This document shows positions 39,670 to 50,299 of a DNA stretch of 64,000 bases, in pieces; position 1 is the stretch's first letter, and every line of letters starts with the position of its first letter. The translations under genes and the position numbers were made by a program. This DNA is from Camelus ferus (taxonomy: Eukaryota): positions 47,990,001 through 48,054,000 of the forward strand of contig NC_045697.1 of assembly GCF_009834535.1 (NCBI RefSeq), written 5' to 3'. Under the pieces are notes generated by a model. It did no database searches. It saw only the letters and a list, made by a program, of their open reading frames with translations, and was not told where the DNA came from.

Positions 39670-40062
39670 GTATTTATTTTCTAGTTGGAGTACTGTTGCT
39701 GTCCAGTATAAGTTACAGGTATACAGTATAGTGATTCATACTTTTAAAGGTTATACTCAATTTATAGTTATAAAATATTGGCTGTATTCCCTGTGTTGTA
39801 CAATATATCCTTGAAGCTTATCTTGTACATAATAGTTTGTATCTCTTGATCCACTGCCCCTATATTGCCCCTCTCCCCACTGGTAAACACTGGTTTGTTC
39901 TCTGTATCTGTGAGTCTACTTCTTTTTTGTTATATTCACTAGTTTGTTGTATTTTTAGATTCTACATATAAGTGATATCATACAGGATTTGTCTTCTCTG
40001 ACTTGTTTCACTTAACATAATGCCCTTCAAGTCCATCCGTGTTGCTGCAAATGGCAAAATAT
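39670..40062 (-). mobile_element. L1 3'UTR fragment (artiodactyl-type)
   Basis: tttttagattctacatataagtgatatcatac...ccttcaagtccatccgtgttgctgcaaatggcaa. Confidence 0.85.
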
Positions 40063-42159
40063 TATTTGAAATAATTTATTATATATCATTTAAAAAATAT
40101 TTTGTGTTATGTATACATATTATATATTATTATATAATATTATTTTATATTTTAAGTTATTTTGAAATGGGTCTTTGTGATACATCTCCAGGGTGGAAAG
40201 TTGATGCTGAGGTGAGGAACTGAGAAAGAAAATAAAGCTGAATAGGAGGATTCAGTAATACCTATTTCCTAAATTTGAGCTAAGTTTTTAGTAGAATGTT
40301 TGAAAACCTGATGTTTGGGATAGTAGTGATCACAGAACTATAGACTCTTCTAAATTACTTAAATGAAAAATATTTTAACTTCAGTCAGACTATCCAAATC
40401 TAGATTCACTTTGAAGAATTAAGTGAATTGTATTTTTATTCGCTTCCTAATCAAATCTGAAAGAGGCCTCTGACTCCTAATATAAGAGTATTAGTATTAC
40501 TTTGGTTTTTACATATTATAGACATGGGTAAACATTTCAGGATCTGTTTTGCAGGAAGAGGTTTTGTAAATTTTAACAGATTTGCAAAGATGGAAACTTG
40601 TGAAAAATTTAAAGATACATATTTCTTATATGGTAGCTGTTTTAGAGATGAGAGTTAGAGGGTCAGAAGAGATGACAGTTATTAAGCTCCTATCTAGATT
40701 TTAAGAATATTTAGGGAAATTGAACATATGGACTAATGACCATTTCATGATGCTAATTTTTAGAAGAGCATTGACTGTTAATTGGGAAAAGTCGGAGGAA
40801 GGTGGTCATTTTCAGGATTATAAAGCATATGATCATTCCACAAATATATACTAAGTGCTTACTATGTGGTAGGAGCTGTATAAAGATATAAAAAAGATAG
40901 TCCTTCACATAGAAGTAACTCATCGTCCCCTTAAGTAACACACCATCTAGTGGGAGCCATAACTAAAACAACCAAATAAAGTTGACCTATCCTCTGTGTT
41001 TTATAGAAATGATTTAAAATTAATGAAACATGTTTTTGCAGACTTCTTAGTCTTTTTTTTTTTAACCGATCCTCATTGTAGGTAATGGATTTGTAGCATG
41101 TCTTTGGATCTGGATCTGTTTGATTTGGTTTTGCTTAATCTTGTGTTTTTGTAGAATCTTATATTAGTATGCAGACATACCCACAGAGACACATGTGCCT
41201 TATGGTGTATGGTAGAAATTCTGAAAACCTTGTTATCTAAAAATTTTATATTCAGAAATATTTTACACAGGCCAAATGTGGTAGAAATCAAAATTTTCCC
41301 CTGTGAAAAATAATCATATTCTTTCTGCTTTATAAAGACCTGGGGCATTTATGGAAAATAAAATGTTTCAGCATCACCCAAATTGTATGATAAAATTAGA
41401 GCAGAAGAGCTTAACCTGGTAATTTGTAAGCTAATAGCAGATAAACAAATCTGGAAAAACTTTCTCATTGCTCCATTTAGTAAATGGGAAGGGATGACTA
41501 TTTTTCCTTCAGAAATATTAGGACAAATTGCAGTTTGAGAAATTTTGATTGTACTCTTACAAACTAGCTTTAATTTCTTGATAAATGACAAAATACTTCC
41601 TATTTTTTGTATATTCTCTACTTGTAACAAATTTGAGACCATCTGAAGGTAACTTTCATTGAGGTATAAGTTCTAATAAAGTCTACTTAGAAACACTCCA
41701 GTTGTAGACATTTGATTTTGGTGTGTGTACGTATGTCTCTCTGTGTTAAAATATGAGCAGAGAAAGCTATAAATACTGTGAGGCAATTTACTGATAGCAT
41801 GCAGGAGTTTAATTAGATTCAGGAATTTGTGATTTGCTTTTCTTGTTAGATCTGAATTCGGTTTCATTTTCTGCCAACTACCAAGCGGTGACTATTATAT
41901 TAGACCACTTGAATGGTTACTTTTAGGGCCATTTGTTACCTGATTTATACATTGCACACATGAGGAGTTTTATGTCTAGTTGGTCATTGCTGATGATTGT
42001 TCAGTGATTATTTTGGTAATTATATGAAGAAGACTGTGCAATATTAGTTTCAATTAGGGTGGCCATGTAACTCATCAGCCAAATTGGACACTTTTGGTAA
42101 TGAAAAATGATATTAATAATTACCTAAGAACAGCAAATATGAAAAAAATGCATGATCAT

Positions 42160-42682
42160 CTTAATTAGGATGATTTTGATTGCAAGTAACAGAAAACACA
42201 ACCCAAACTAGTAGTTTAAACAAGAAGCATAATAGATTGGCTTGTGTATCCCAAAAGCCCAGTGTTTGTTGAGGACTCCAGCTTTCTCTGTTTTCTAGTT
42301 TCTGACTGCAATGGCTGGCTTCCCTTACAGTTGTTGGATGGCTGCCTATGGCAACTGAGGCTATATTTGTCTCCATTTATGACCAGCAGGAGGGGGAAGC
42401 CTGCTCCTCCCATGAACATAGGATGATTCTTAAGCCTCCTGGTTATTAGATACTTCTGAACTAATCTCTGTGACAAGGGGAATGTCATGTGCTGATTGTC
42501 TTAGATATGGGATATCTGAATATCACTTAGGCAAGAAGGATAGGATTACCTTGATTCTCTTAGAGGAGTCAGACTCCATTCAGGAAACTGGTGTAGGGTT
42601 AGTCTGTCTTGGAAAGCAAGGCAGCTAAATTAAGGGAAAGAGATGCAATGGATGTTTGGGAAGCAGCCACCATGTTCACTGT
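42160..42682 (-). mobile_element. MLT1-type solo LTR ~230 bp upstream of exon 2
   Basis: ttaggatgattttgattgcaagtaacagaaaacacaacccaaacta... MaLR LTR terminus. Confidence 0.65.
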
Positions 42683-42911
42683 GAAGTCCATTGTCACTGC
42701 TTTTTTGCATTTTCCCTGAGACATCCTGTTATTGAGTTCCTGTAGTAGCCTAGCATACTAGAGATGCATTTTCCTTTAATGAGAATTTGTAGTATAAAAG
42801 GACTTAGTAGCCTGACAAGAGGGGAAAAAAAGAGAACTTACCATCCCATTTTTCTCTTTTTTCCTATAAACCTATAGTAATTGTTGATCATCTTTTTTTT
42901 TTTCCTTACAG

Positions 42912-43033
42912 ACTAATAGGGATGCCAAAGGAAAAATATGATCCTCCAGATCCTCGCAGAATTTATACCATCATGTCAGCAGAGGAGGTAGCCAATGGGA
43001 AAAAATCTCACTGGGCAGAGTTAGAAATCTCGG
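42912..43033 (+). CDS. CNOT6L: CNOT6L coding exon 2 (122 nt): (R)LIGMPKEKYDPPDPRRIYTIMSAEEVANGKKSHWAELEIS(G)
   Basis: Poly-T tract + ttacag acceptor (AG 42910-11), donor G|gtgagt at 43034. Translation matches CNOT6L. Second ATG (MPKEK) at 42922. Confidence 0.97.
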
Positions 43034-43454
43034 GTGAGTAGAATCTGAAACACTTGATCTGGAATACAGTAACAATAATGAACAAGAGTTGAGTTTCGTT
43101 ATATTTATTTCCTTATTGTACATTTTTAATTAGGTGAATTAATCAAGAAAATACAAGATAATGAGGTACTAGTGTTATCTGTGACTAAATATCTTTACTC
43201 CTGTTCTTTCTTTTGAGATTAATACTGTGAGCCCGAGTTGGCATCTAGAACTGAGGACACCAAGAGTTCAGTTTCAAAGTAAAACCAGGTGTTTTGGTAC
43301 AGTAGATTTTGTTTTGGCTATTGCCGAGTAATTATTTTTGCAAACTGATCTTTGCCATCCTCCTGTCATCCCATTGTTGGCAGAGTAGGGAACCTAGGAG
43401 CTATTTATTCTACTAAGTAATAACTGTGTTACATGACCTTACTTGTTAAAATAG

Positions 43455-43870
43455 AGTATGATTCCTAAAAACCCATAACCCCAGTCTTATAGTGAGAAAA
43501 ACATCAGACAAACTCAAACCGAAGGACATTTCACAAAATTCCTACCTAGTAATCCTCAAAATTGTCAAGGTCATGAAAAACAAGGGAAGACTGAGAAATC
43601 ATCACACATTAGAGAAGACCTAAGGAGACTGTGATGACTAAATGCAAAGTGGTGTCTTGAATAGAATCTTGGACTAAAAAGATGTAAAAACTGGTGAAAT
43701 CCAAATAAATCTGTAAATTAGTTAATAAATACTAATCTTGGCTTCCCAGTTTTGACAAATGTACCATGGTAATATAATGTTAGGATGAGGGCTATATAGG
43801 AACTATATTATCTTAGTAACTTTTCTGTAAATCTAAAATTATTACCATGTTGAAAGTTTATTAAAAATAA
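43455..43870 (+). mobile_element. L1MC-type 3'UTR fragment
   Basis: aacatcagacaaactcaaac...gtcaaggtcatgaaaaacaagggaagactgag...ttttctgtaaatctaaaattatt. Confidence 0.8.
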
Positions 43871-44081
43871 AATATAAGTATAGTTTTCTTTTATCAATTG
43901 TTGCAATACAGATTGTGTATTGAATGTAGTTTTTGCCCAGTAGGCTTTCATTTGGAAAAGTTAAACACACATTATGATGTCAATAGCAAGAATTATCTGT
44001 ACCTTTAGCTAAAAAGTAACTGGGTGGATAGGTGATTGGTAATTAAAAAATATGAATATGAGCAAATCCTGTTAGGTTACC

Positions 44082-44296
44082 CCGGGGTTTACCAGCTTGG
44101 CACTCTTGACACTTCAGGCTGGACAGTTGTTTGTGGTTGGGGGTGGTTGTGTGCATGTAGGATATTTAGCAGCATTTGTGACCTCTGACTTGCTGCATGT
44201 CAGTAGCACCCCTCTAGTTTTGGCAACCAAAAATGCCTCCACAAATTGCCAAAGCCCCTTGGGGAACAATATCGCCCTCTAGTTGAGATCCATTGA
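44082..44296. mobile_element. MER20 hAT-Charlie MITE (second copy)
   Basis: cttggcactcttgacac...gtaggatatttagcagcat...caaccaaaaatgcctcc...gttgagatccattg; alignable by eye to 27614-27830. Confidence 0.8.
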
Positions 44297-45387
44297 GTTT
44301 AACTCTGGTAAAACAAATAAGTTTTTTTATTTTAGCCTCTTTTCACTTGAAAACTTTGTTTCCTATTAAAATGCAAAATCCTAGTTGGCACTTTCAGCCT
44401 GATTATAGACATCATGAAGGAGTCTGTGATATAACTCTGGACAGAAGATCTAAGTTTTGAGTCTACTGCTCAATAGCCATACAAAAAGTAACATTTTCCC
44501 CTTTCAGATTTTTTTTTAACCCCTTCTACCTTCCACTGCTCTCTTAGTCAAAATCTGTTCTTTAGAAAGTGATGTATTATTAAAATACCATTTTACTTTG
44601 GTAAAGTTCTGAAAGTTTCCTCATATAAATTTATTAGGATATCATATTTTACAGAAGCTGAAGCTGTGTGATTTTCTTAGGCTTATATGGCTAATAAATG
44701 GTAAAAATCAGGACTCTGAACTAAATCTTCTGACTTTTTCCAGCATATGTTCTACTGTAGCTGTCAGATGCTGACTGATTGATAAAGCTTAGTGTGTGAC
44801 TATTTCCTTGAGTATGTTTCATTTACTGGAAAATCTTAAACCAGAGTTTTTAAACCTATAATTGTAACATCAGAAAACTGGGGAAGATGTCTCCTTGGGG
44901 GTAAATGGTTTTCCCAGTGGCTAATCTAAAGTTCTAAATCATAGCAATTACTCTTGTCTATTTAAAGTTTGTAGACTTAATCCAGGCTCTAGATATGGAT
45001 GAGCCTTGCATTATTAATTTTCATGAAGTAGAGAAGTCCTTTTGTTAGGGCTTGACTTAGAAGAATTCAGGAGTGTTCTACTGCAGAAGTTCAATTCAGT
45101 CCCATGCTTTGTCCTTGAGACCATAGGATCACCCTGACTCCAAGGGTCTCTTCATTAAGGCACGTCTCATTAATACAGGGAAGGTTCGTGAAAAAGTATG
45201 GTTGTCAGATGACAGTGGTATGAAATAAAGATGGGCCAGGTTGTTTGAAAGCAATCAAATACAGAATTAAAATGTCAAGGTCCCAATATCTGTATGTATT
45301 TTCAGGCTCTTCTCCCACTTGTTAGTTTTTGTGGTTCAGTCTTTGTCTTAGGCCTAGAGTTTAATGCATCAATATTTTGCCTTTTAG

Positions 45388-45574
45388 GTAGAGTGCGGAG
45401 CTTAAGTACATCACTTTGGTCATTGACACACTTGACAGCGCTGCACCTAAATGACAATTACCTTAGTCGCATTCCACCTGATATTGCCAAGCTTCATAAT
45501 CTGGTTTACCTGGATCTGTCATCCAATAAACTCAGAAGTTTACCAGCAGAACTAGGAAACATGGTGTCTCTCAG
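45388..45574 (+). CDS. CNOT6L: CNOT6L coding exon 3 (187 nt), LRR: GRVRSLSTSLWSLTHLTALHLNDNYLSRIPPDIAKLHNLVYLDLSSNKLRSLPAELGNMVSL(R)
   Basis: cttttag acceptor, AG|gtgagg donor, LxxLxLxxNxL repeats, phase consistent with exons 2 and 4. Confidence 0.98.
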
Positions 45575-46900
45575 GTGAGGAAATATAAATGTAATTCACT
45601 ATATAAAATTCTAAGTTTACCAAATAAGAAACTTGTGGGAGGTTACTCACCTTACAGTAGGACTTCCATGTGTATGTGAAGATCAAATGATACAAATTGT
45701 CTAAGCACAGTGCTTAAGTTGGCCTCCATTGAACATTTCTTTTCCTTCCTTCCTTTAAATTTGGAGGTTTCTGGCTAGAAATGCACTTATATTCTAATAT
45801 CTTTTGACAAACTTAGGGTATGGCTAAAATAAAACACTAAGTCTCATGTTAGACTCAAGTGACAAGTCTAATCAGAATTAATTATGACTAAACTAGTTCA
45901 GATTAATCAGAAATAATTGAGAAAATACAATTTGCCTGTAAGTAAAACTTCTAGGAACATATCTATTTTATAAGACAAGGTATACTTGTCTATTACAACT
46001 CCTTAAGGAACCTTAAAATCTGACAATAAGTAGATTTATTTCTAGCCTATCAGGATTCTTTAAGAATTTCTTCATAGGAGAAAATTTTATAGGAATCTTG
46101 AGACCTTGAATAAATGTTCCCAGTAAAATCAAGGATTGCTTTTCTACTTTATTTACTGAGTAGTAATTTAAAAATTGCAATCACATGTTTAAAATTAAAC
46201 ATTAAATATTGTTTTAAAATCTTATTCTTCACCATCCACTTACTGTATGTTTCTGTTGCTTTTTATACTGTTTAGTCATTTACTTTACACTTTTTAGGCA
46301 TCAGTAAATAACGAGGGCTGTTTGTTTTTTTAAAATCTACCCAAAATTTCACAGTGATAAACTCAGATCTTACCTTGCCATCCTATTATCTGTATTTATC
46401 CTATGCTTTATTTTTAATGTTTATATCCTATGTCAGTGATTGTTATAGGATCTTGATGTGATTATAACTGTAATGTTACAAAAATTGATACAGGTAATTG
46501 GCTATTAATTACAGGTAAATTCTGAAGTTTGTTAAAAAAAAAATACTTTTTTCTATGAATTAAACCAGGTTCAAGGACATCTGTCTTTGGATATGTGGAA
46601 TATCTGTCATTCTGATTTGCATCTGACAGATACTTTGGGTGAGAGAGAAAAGGGAGTGGGTTTAACCTGAGAATGATATAGTTCTTATACCTTTAACTTT
46701 AATCTGTGCCAGAGAATGAGTAAATCATAGAAACAGTGTTAATAATTATTGCAGTTACACATTTTGTAGGACTTCAATATTGCACAGCAGTTTTAGATGA
46801 ATGTATAGAAATATGCCTTGAGTGTAGACATCACTCATAGTATGTTAGAATGTATTAATAAAGTTTAATTTATGAAACTAAAACAATTTTTTTTAAACAG

Positions 46901-46986
46901 GGAATTGCTTTTAAATAACAATCTGTTACGGGTTTTGCCTTATGAACTTGGTCGGCTCTTCCAGCTACAAACTCTAGGTTTGAAAG
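46901..46986 (+). CDS. CNOT6L: CNOT6L coding exon 4 (86 nt), LRR: ELLLNNNLLRVLPYELGRLFQLQTLGLK(G)
   Basis: ttttaaacag acceptor, AAG|gtgagt donor, in-frame LRR continuation. Confidence 0.97.
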
Positions 46987-47512
46987 GTGAGTGATTTCTT
47001 AAAAATGATAGTGCTAACACTCAGTATTGAGATTTTTCTTAGCCTTTTAAAGACCATTTTGGTTATAATTAGTCAAGTTTTAGTGTAATTTAGAGAATGT
47101 AGCTATACATTCCTCTGGAAAGAAAAGTGGTTCTTCTGTATCAAATTGTGCTTCAGGATTTCAACAAGCTGTCATCGTTTTAACAAACTTGCATGGGGAA
47201 AATTTTGTGGGTGTTTTGTTTTTATATTTGACTTTTAACTTTCTATAAAACTCTGAAATTTCTAAGAGGAAATAATTTAAATTAACACTGAACATTGTAG
47301 TTTTTTCCATTTAAAAAAAATTTAAAAAACAAAGATGTAGCAGAATGAATCTTTACCTTAGCCAGAATGTCCCATGTCAGGTTTTGATAGAATAGATAGG
47401 ATAGCATCAACATATTATATGATTATGAGAGGGAAAACATTATCATAGTAAACAAGTACCAATAAGTATGATTATTATAAATAAAATGTATTAATCTAAA
47501 ATGCCTGTTCTT

Positions 47513-47602
47513 GGGAAGTGAGTATAGCTCAGCGATAGTCTGAGCTTAGCCTGCACGAGGTCCTGGGTTCAATCCTCAGTACCTCCATTAAAAAAAAAAA
47601 AA
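47513..47602 (+). mobile_element. tRNA-derived SINE (short Vic-1-like copy)
   Basis: gtatagctcagcgatag A box, ggttcaatcctc B box, ends acctccatt + poly(A). Confidence 0.85.
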
Positions 47603-49400
47603 GAAAGTTCCTGTAATGATACCATCTCAGTTGGGAATGAAAGTCATACTCAAATCACATAAATGATGAAATTTATGTGCTTTTTTCTTATAGCGTAGCA
47701 TAGCAAAAAAGGTTTATTTTGAAGGCAGAGGACTAGATAAATTTACAGTATTGGTTAAACATTTTATTCTGTGCTCATGAGGACTGAACATTAATTAAAG
47801 CCTTATGAAGTATATAGTTTCATGTATTTTATTTTCCTTCTTCAAAGACTTGATCTCCAGTGAACATGTTCTATTTGTGTTTGCTTTTGCTTAAGTTGTA
47901 TAGTGGGGCATTAAGAAAGAAGCTTGAGTAAGGATGGGAAGATTGCTGACATTATTGGTTGAAATGACAGAAGTGGTGTTAGGCTTCCTGATACAGTTAA
48001 CCCTTCATAAATTGGATAATTATATGAATGTTCTAAGTCTTGTGTTTTTAGTTTTTCTGTAGGATTTTATTGATACTTTTTATCATGTATGAAGTGGACA
48101 GGCAGGGGGATACTTATATCTAGAATATTGAAGATTAACCCAAGGCATTTGAAATTTAACTGTAGGGCATTTCACCTTATTCTCTATATGCTAAGTCTTA
48201 TTCTTATAAATATAGTTGACAAAGCCATCCAACTAGAGTTGGAATGGGGGCAGGTCTGTTCCTTTCTATTAAAAATTATAGAATATTTGTTATTTTTTAT
48301 AATCTTAGATTCATGAAGTATGGAATTCACACTTTCATACTGATTATAATAAATTATATATATTTTTGTCTCCAAGGATAACTATTGTTTTTTACTTTTC
48401 ACATCAATTAGAAGAGCTGTTTTCCTCCTCCTAATATTTTGGAGAGCAAATAATTTGCTGTTGAACCCAATTGGACTTACCCTTTATACCACGTCACAGT
48501 TCTGAAAAAGCAAATATTATACATCTTACTGTTTCATAACTCTATCCATGTTATCTCATATAGAGACATGTTCTTATAAAATTAATACTAAGTAGCAACA
48601 GAATGAATCATTCTGAATATCTGTTATCCCTTAGTCTTTCATTCTGTTTTACCAGTTAAAAATGTTAGTCTTCCAAACTACTGTCTGTGGCTGGCCTTTG
48701 ATTCTAGTGTGCTCTTACGTACTGAGTCACGTTTTTTAAAATCTCTGCTTAGACTTTCACATCAGGCACCAGCTCTGCTTTACCAGCTGTTCTTGGTTTT
48801 GTCCCTGCCTATGCATAAATTCCTTTTCATTAAACTTCAGTTTGCTCTATGGTAAATACCTATATGCAGCCCTTTCCTCTTTTATGAGAATCTGTTTTCT
48901 TGGCAAGGCTACTTTCTGTTCAGGTGATGAGTACAGAGGAGCAAAGACCTTTTAGAAATGAAAGAAAGCCAGAGCTGTTCTTGCCTTCTTTCAAAAGTTT
49001 AAGATGGTAAAAACAGGATTGGTTTTTTGAAGGAATTGAAGGAATAAAATGTCCTTAATGAATGGTAGATTTATAGTCTTAGTAAGGTTAAAACTTGAAA
49101 TAATTTCACAATCAATTTTAATAACCACATTGTGGTACTTTCTGTCCAAAAACAGGGGGCAGGGAGTAGAAGAGAGCATTTAAAATAGCACTGTGGTATG
49201 TTTAAAAGAAACAATGAGAATGGGCTGCCTCTGAGACCCCATTTTGTCTTGAAATTAGAAAAAGGAGTGCCTTTCTTCTATTTCCTGTCTTCCTCTAAAG
49301 CACTGAAAATACTGATACTGAAAATTTGATAATGATTTTGCTCATCCTGGTACAACAAGCTAATTTTTAGAAGTTCTGTTTTGAAATTGGAGTATGTGTG

Positions 49401-49433
49401 GAGGGTAGGGAGAGGGTAGGGAGAGGGTAGGGT
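49401..49433 (+). repeat. 3 x 11-bp tandem repeat (GAGGGTAGGGA), six GGG tracts
   Basis: Read directly from the sequence. Confidence 0.95.
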
Positions 49434-50299
49434 ATTTGAGAAGTTAGGATAAGAAGGTCAATTTAAAAACTACAGACATGGTCAGTTCAGTAAGTTGGAA
49501 ATGTTCTTTTAAGTCACTTAAGAGAAAAATTCAAACTATTAATTTTATAAAAGAGAAGGTGTAAGTGAAAGCAGTTCTTACAGTTATTTTAAAATAATTT
49601 AGAATTTATGTCCTAAGGTGTATGGCAATACTTTCTCTGACATAATGGGCCAAAGAGTTGTCCTCAGGCACTAAACATTGATGTCTCAAATAATAAAAAA
49701 TTTAGGACTTCAATAATTGTCAAAATTTTTAGTTTTCATCCAGGAATTACTTATCTCCCTTAAAATAAAATGGCCTGTGGGAGATGAAGATTCTTTTACT
49801 ATGTAAATTTTTTCATTCATGAAATATAGTATAAAAAAGAATAACAACATTTTAAAGGAAATAATAAAATGAGTAACTATATATCCATTTTCTCACATTC
49901 TCATTACCTTTTAAAAAATCATTAAAAGAATCTAATTGTCATTCATACTGGAGGCAAAGTTCTTATTGTATTATATAATGAGCTTCTGGAAATTAGTAAG
50001 TAAAAGAACAGTCTAGTAGGGAGCATATTAATAGTTTGTATAGGAGGATTTACAGTGCTTTAAAATATAGAAACTTCATCAGCCTTATACATAATAATAA
50101 CAATGTGAATTGAAACTACTCAAATTTTTACCTATCCAATTGGAAGAATTTCAAAAATAACTGTTGGTGAGGTTATTGGGAAATAGTCCCAATGCTGCCC
50201 TTGTTGGTGTGGATCCCTTGTATCTTGTTAAGTTTCCTTTGTGCTTTTTATTGATTACATCTTTATCCCTTTTCCCAGAGGTTATTGCTGTCCTGAATT

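Noticed and set aside
45294..45387. N-terminal part of the 94-aa ORF (MYFQALLPLVSF...) as an alternative hydrophobic start
   Set aside because: It is the intronic polypyrimidine region read in frame with exon 3. No promoter evidence.
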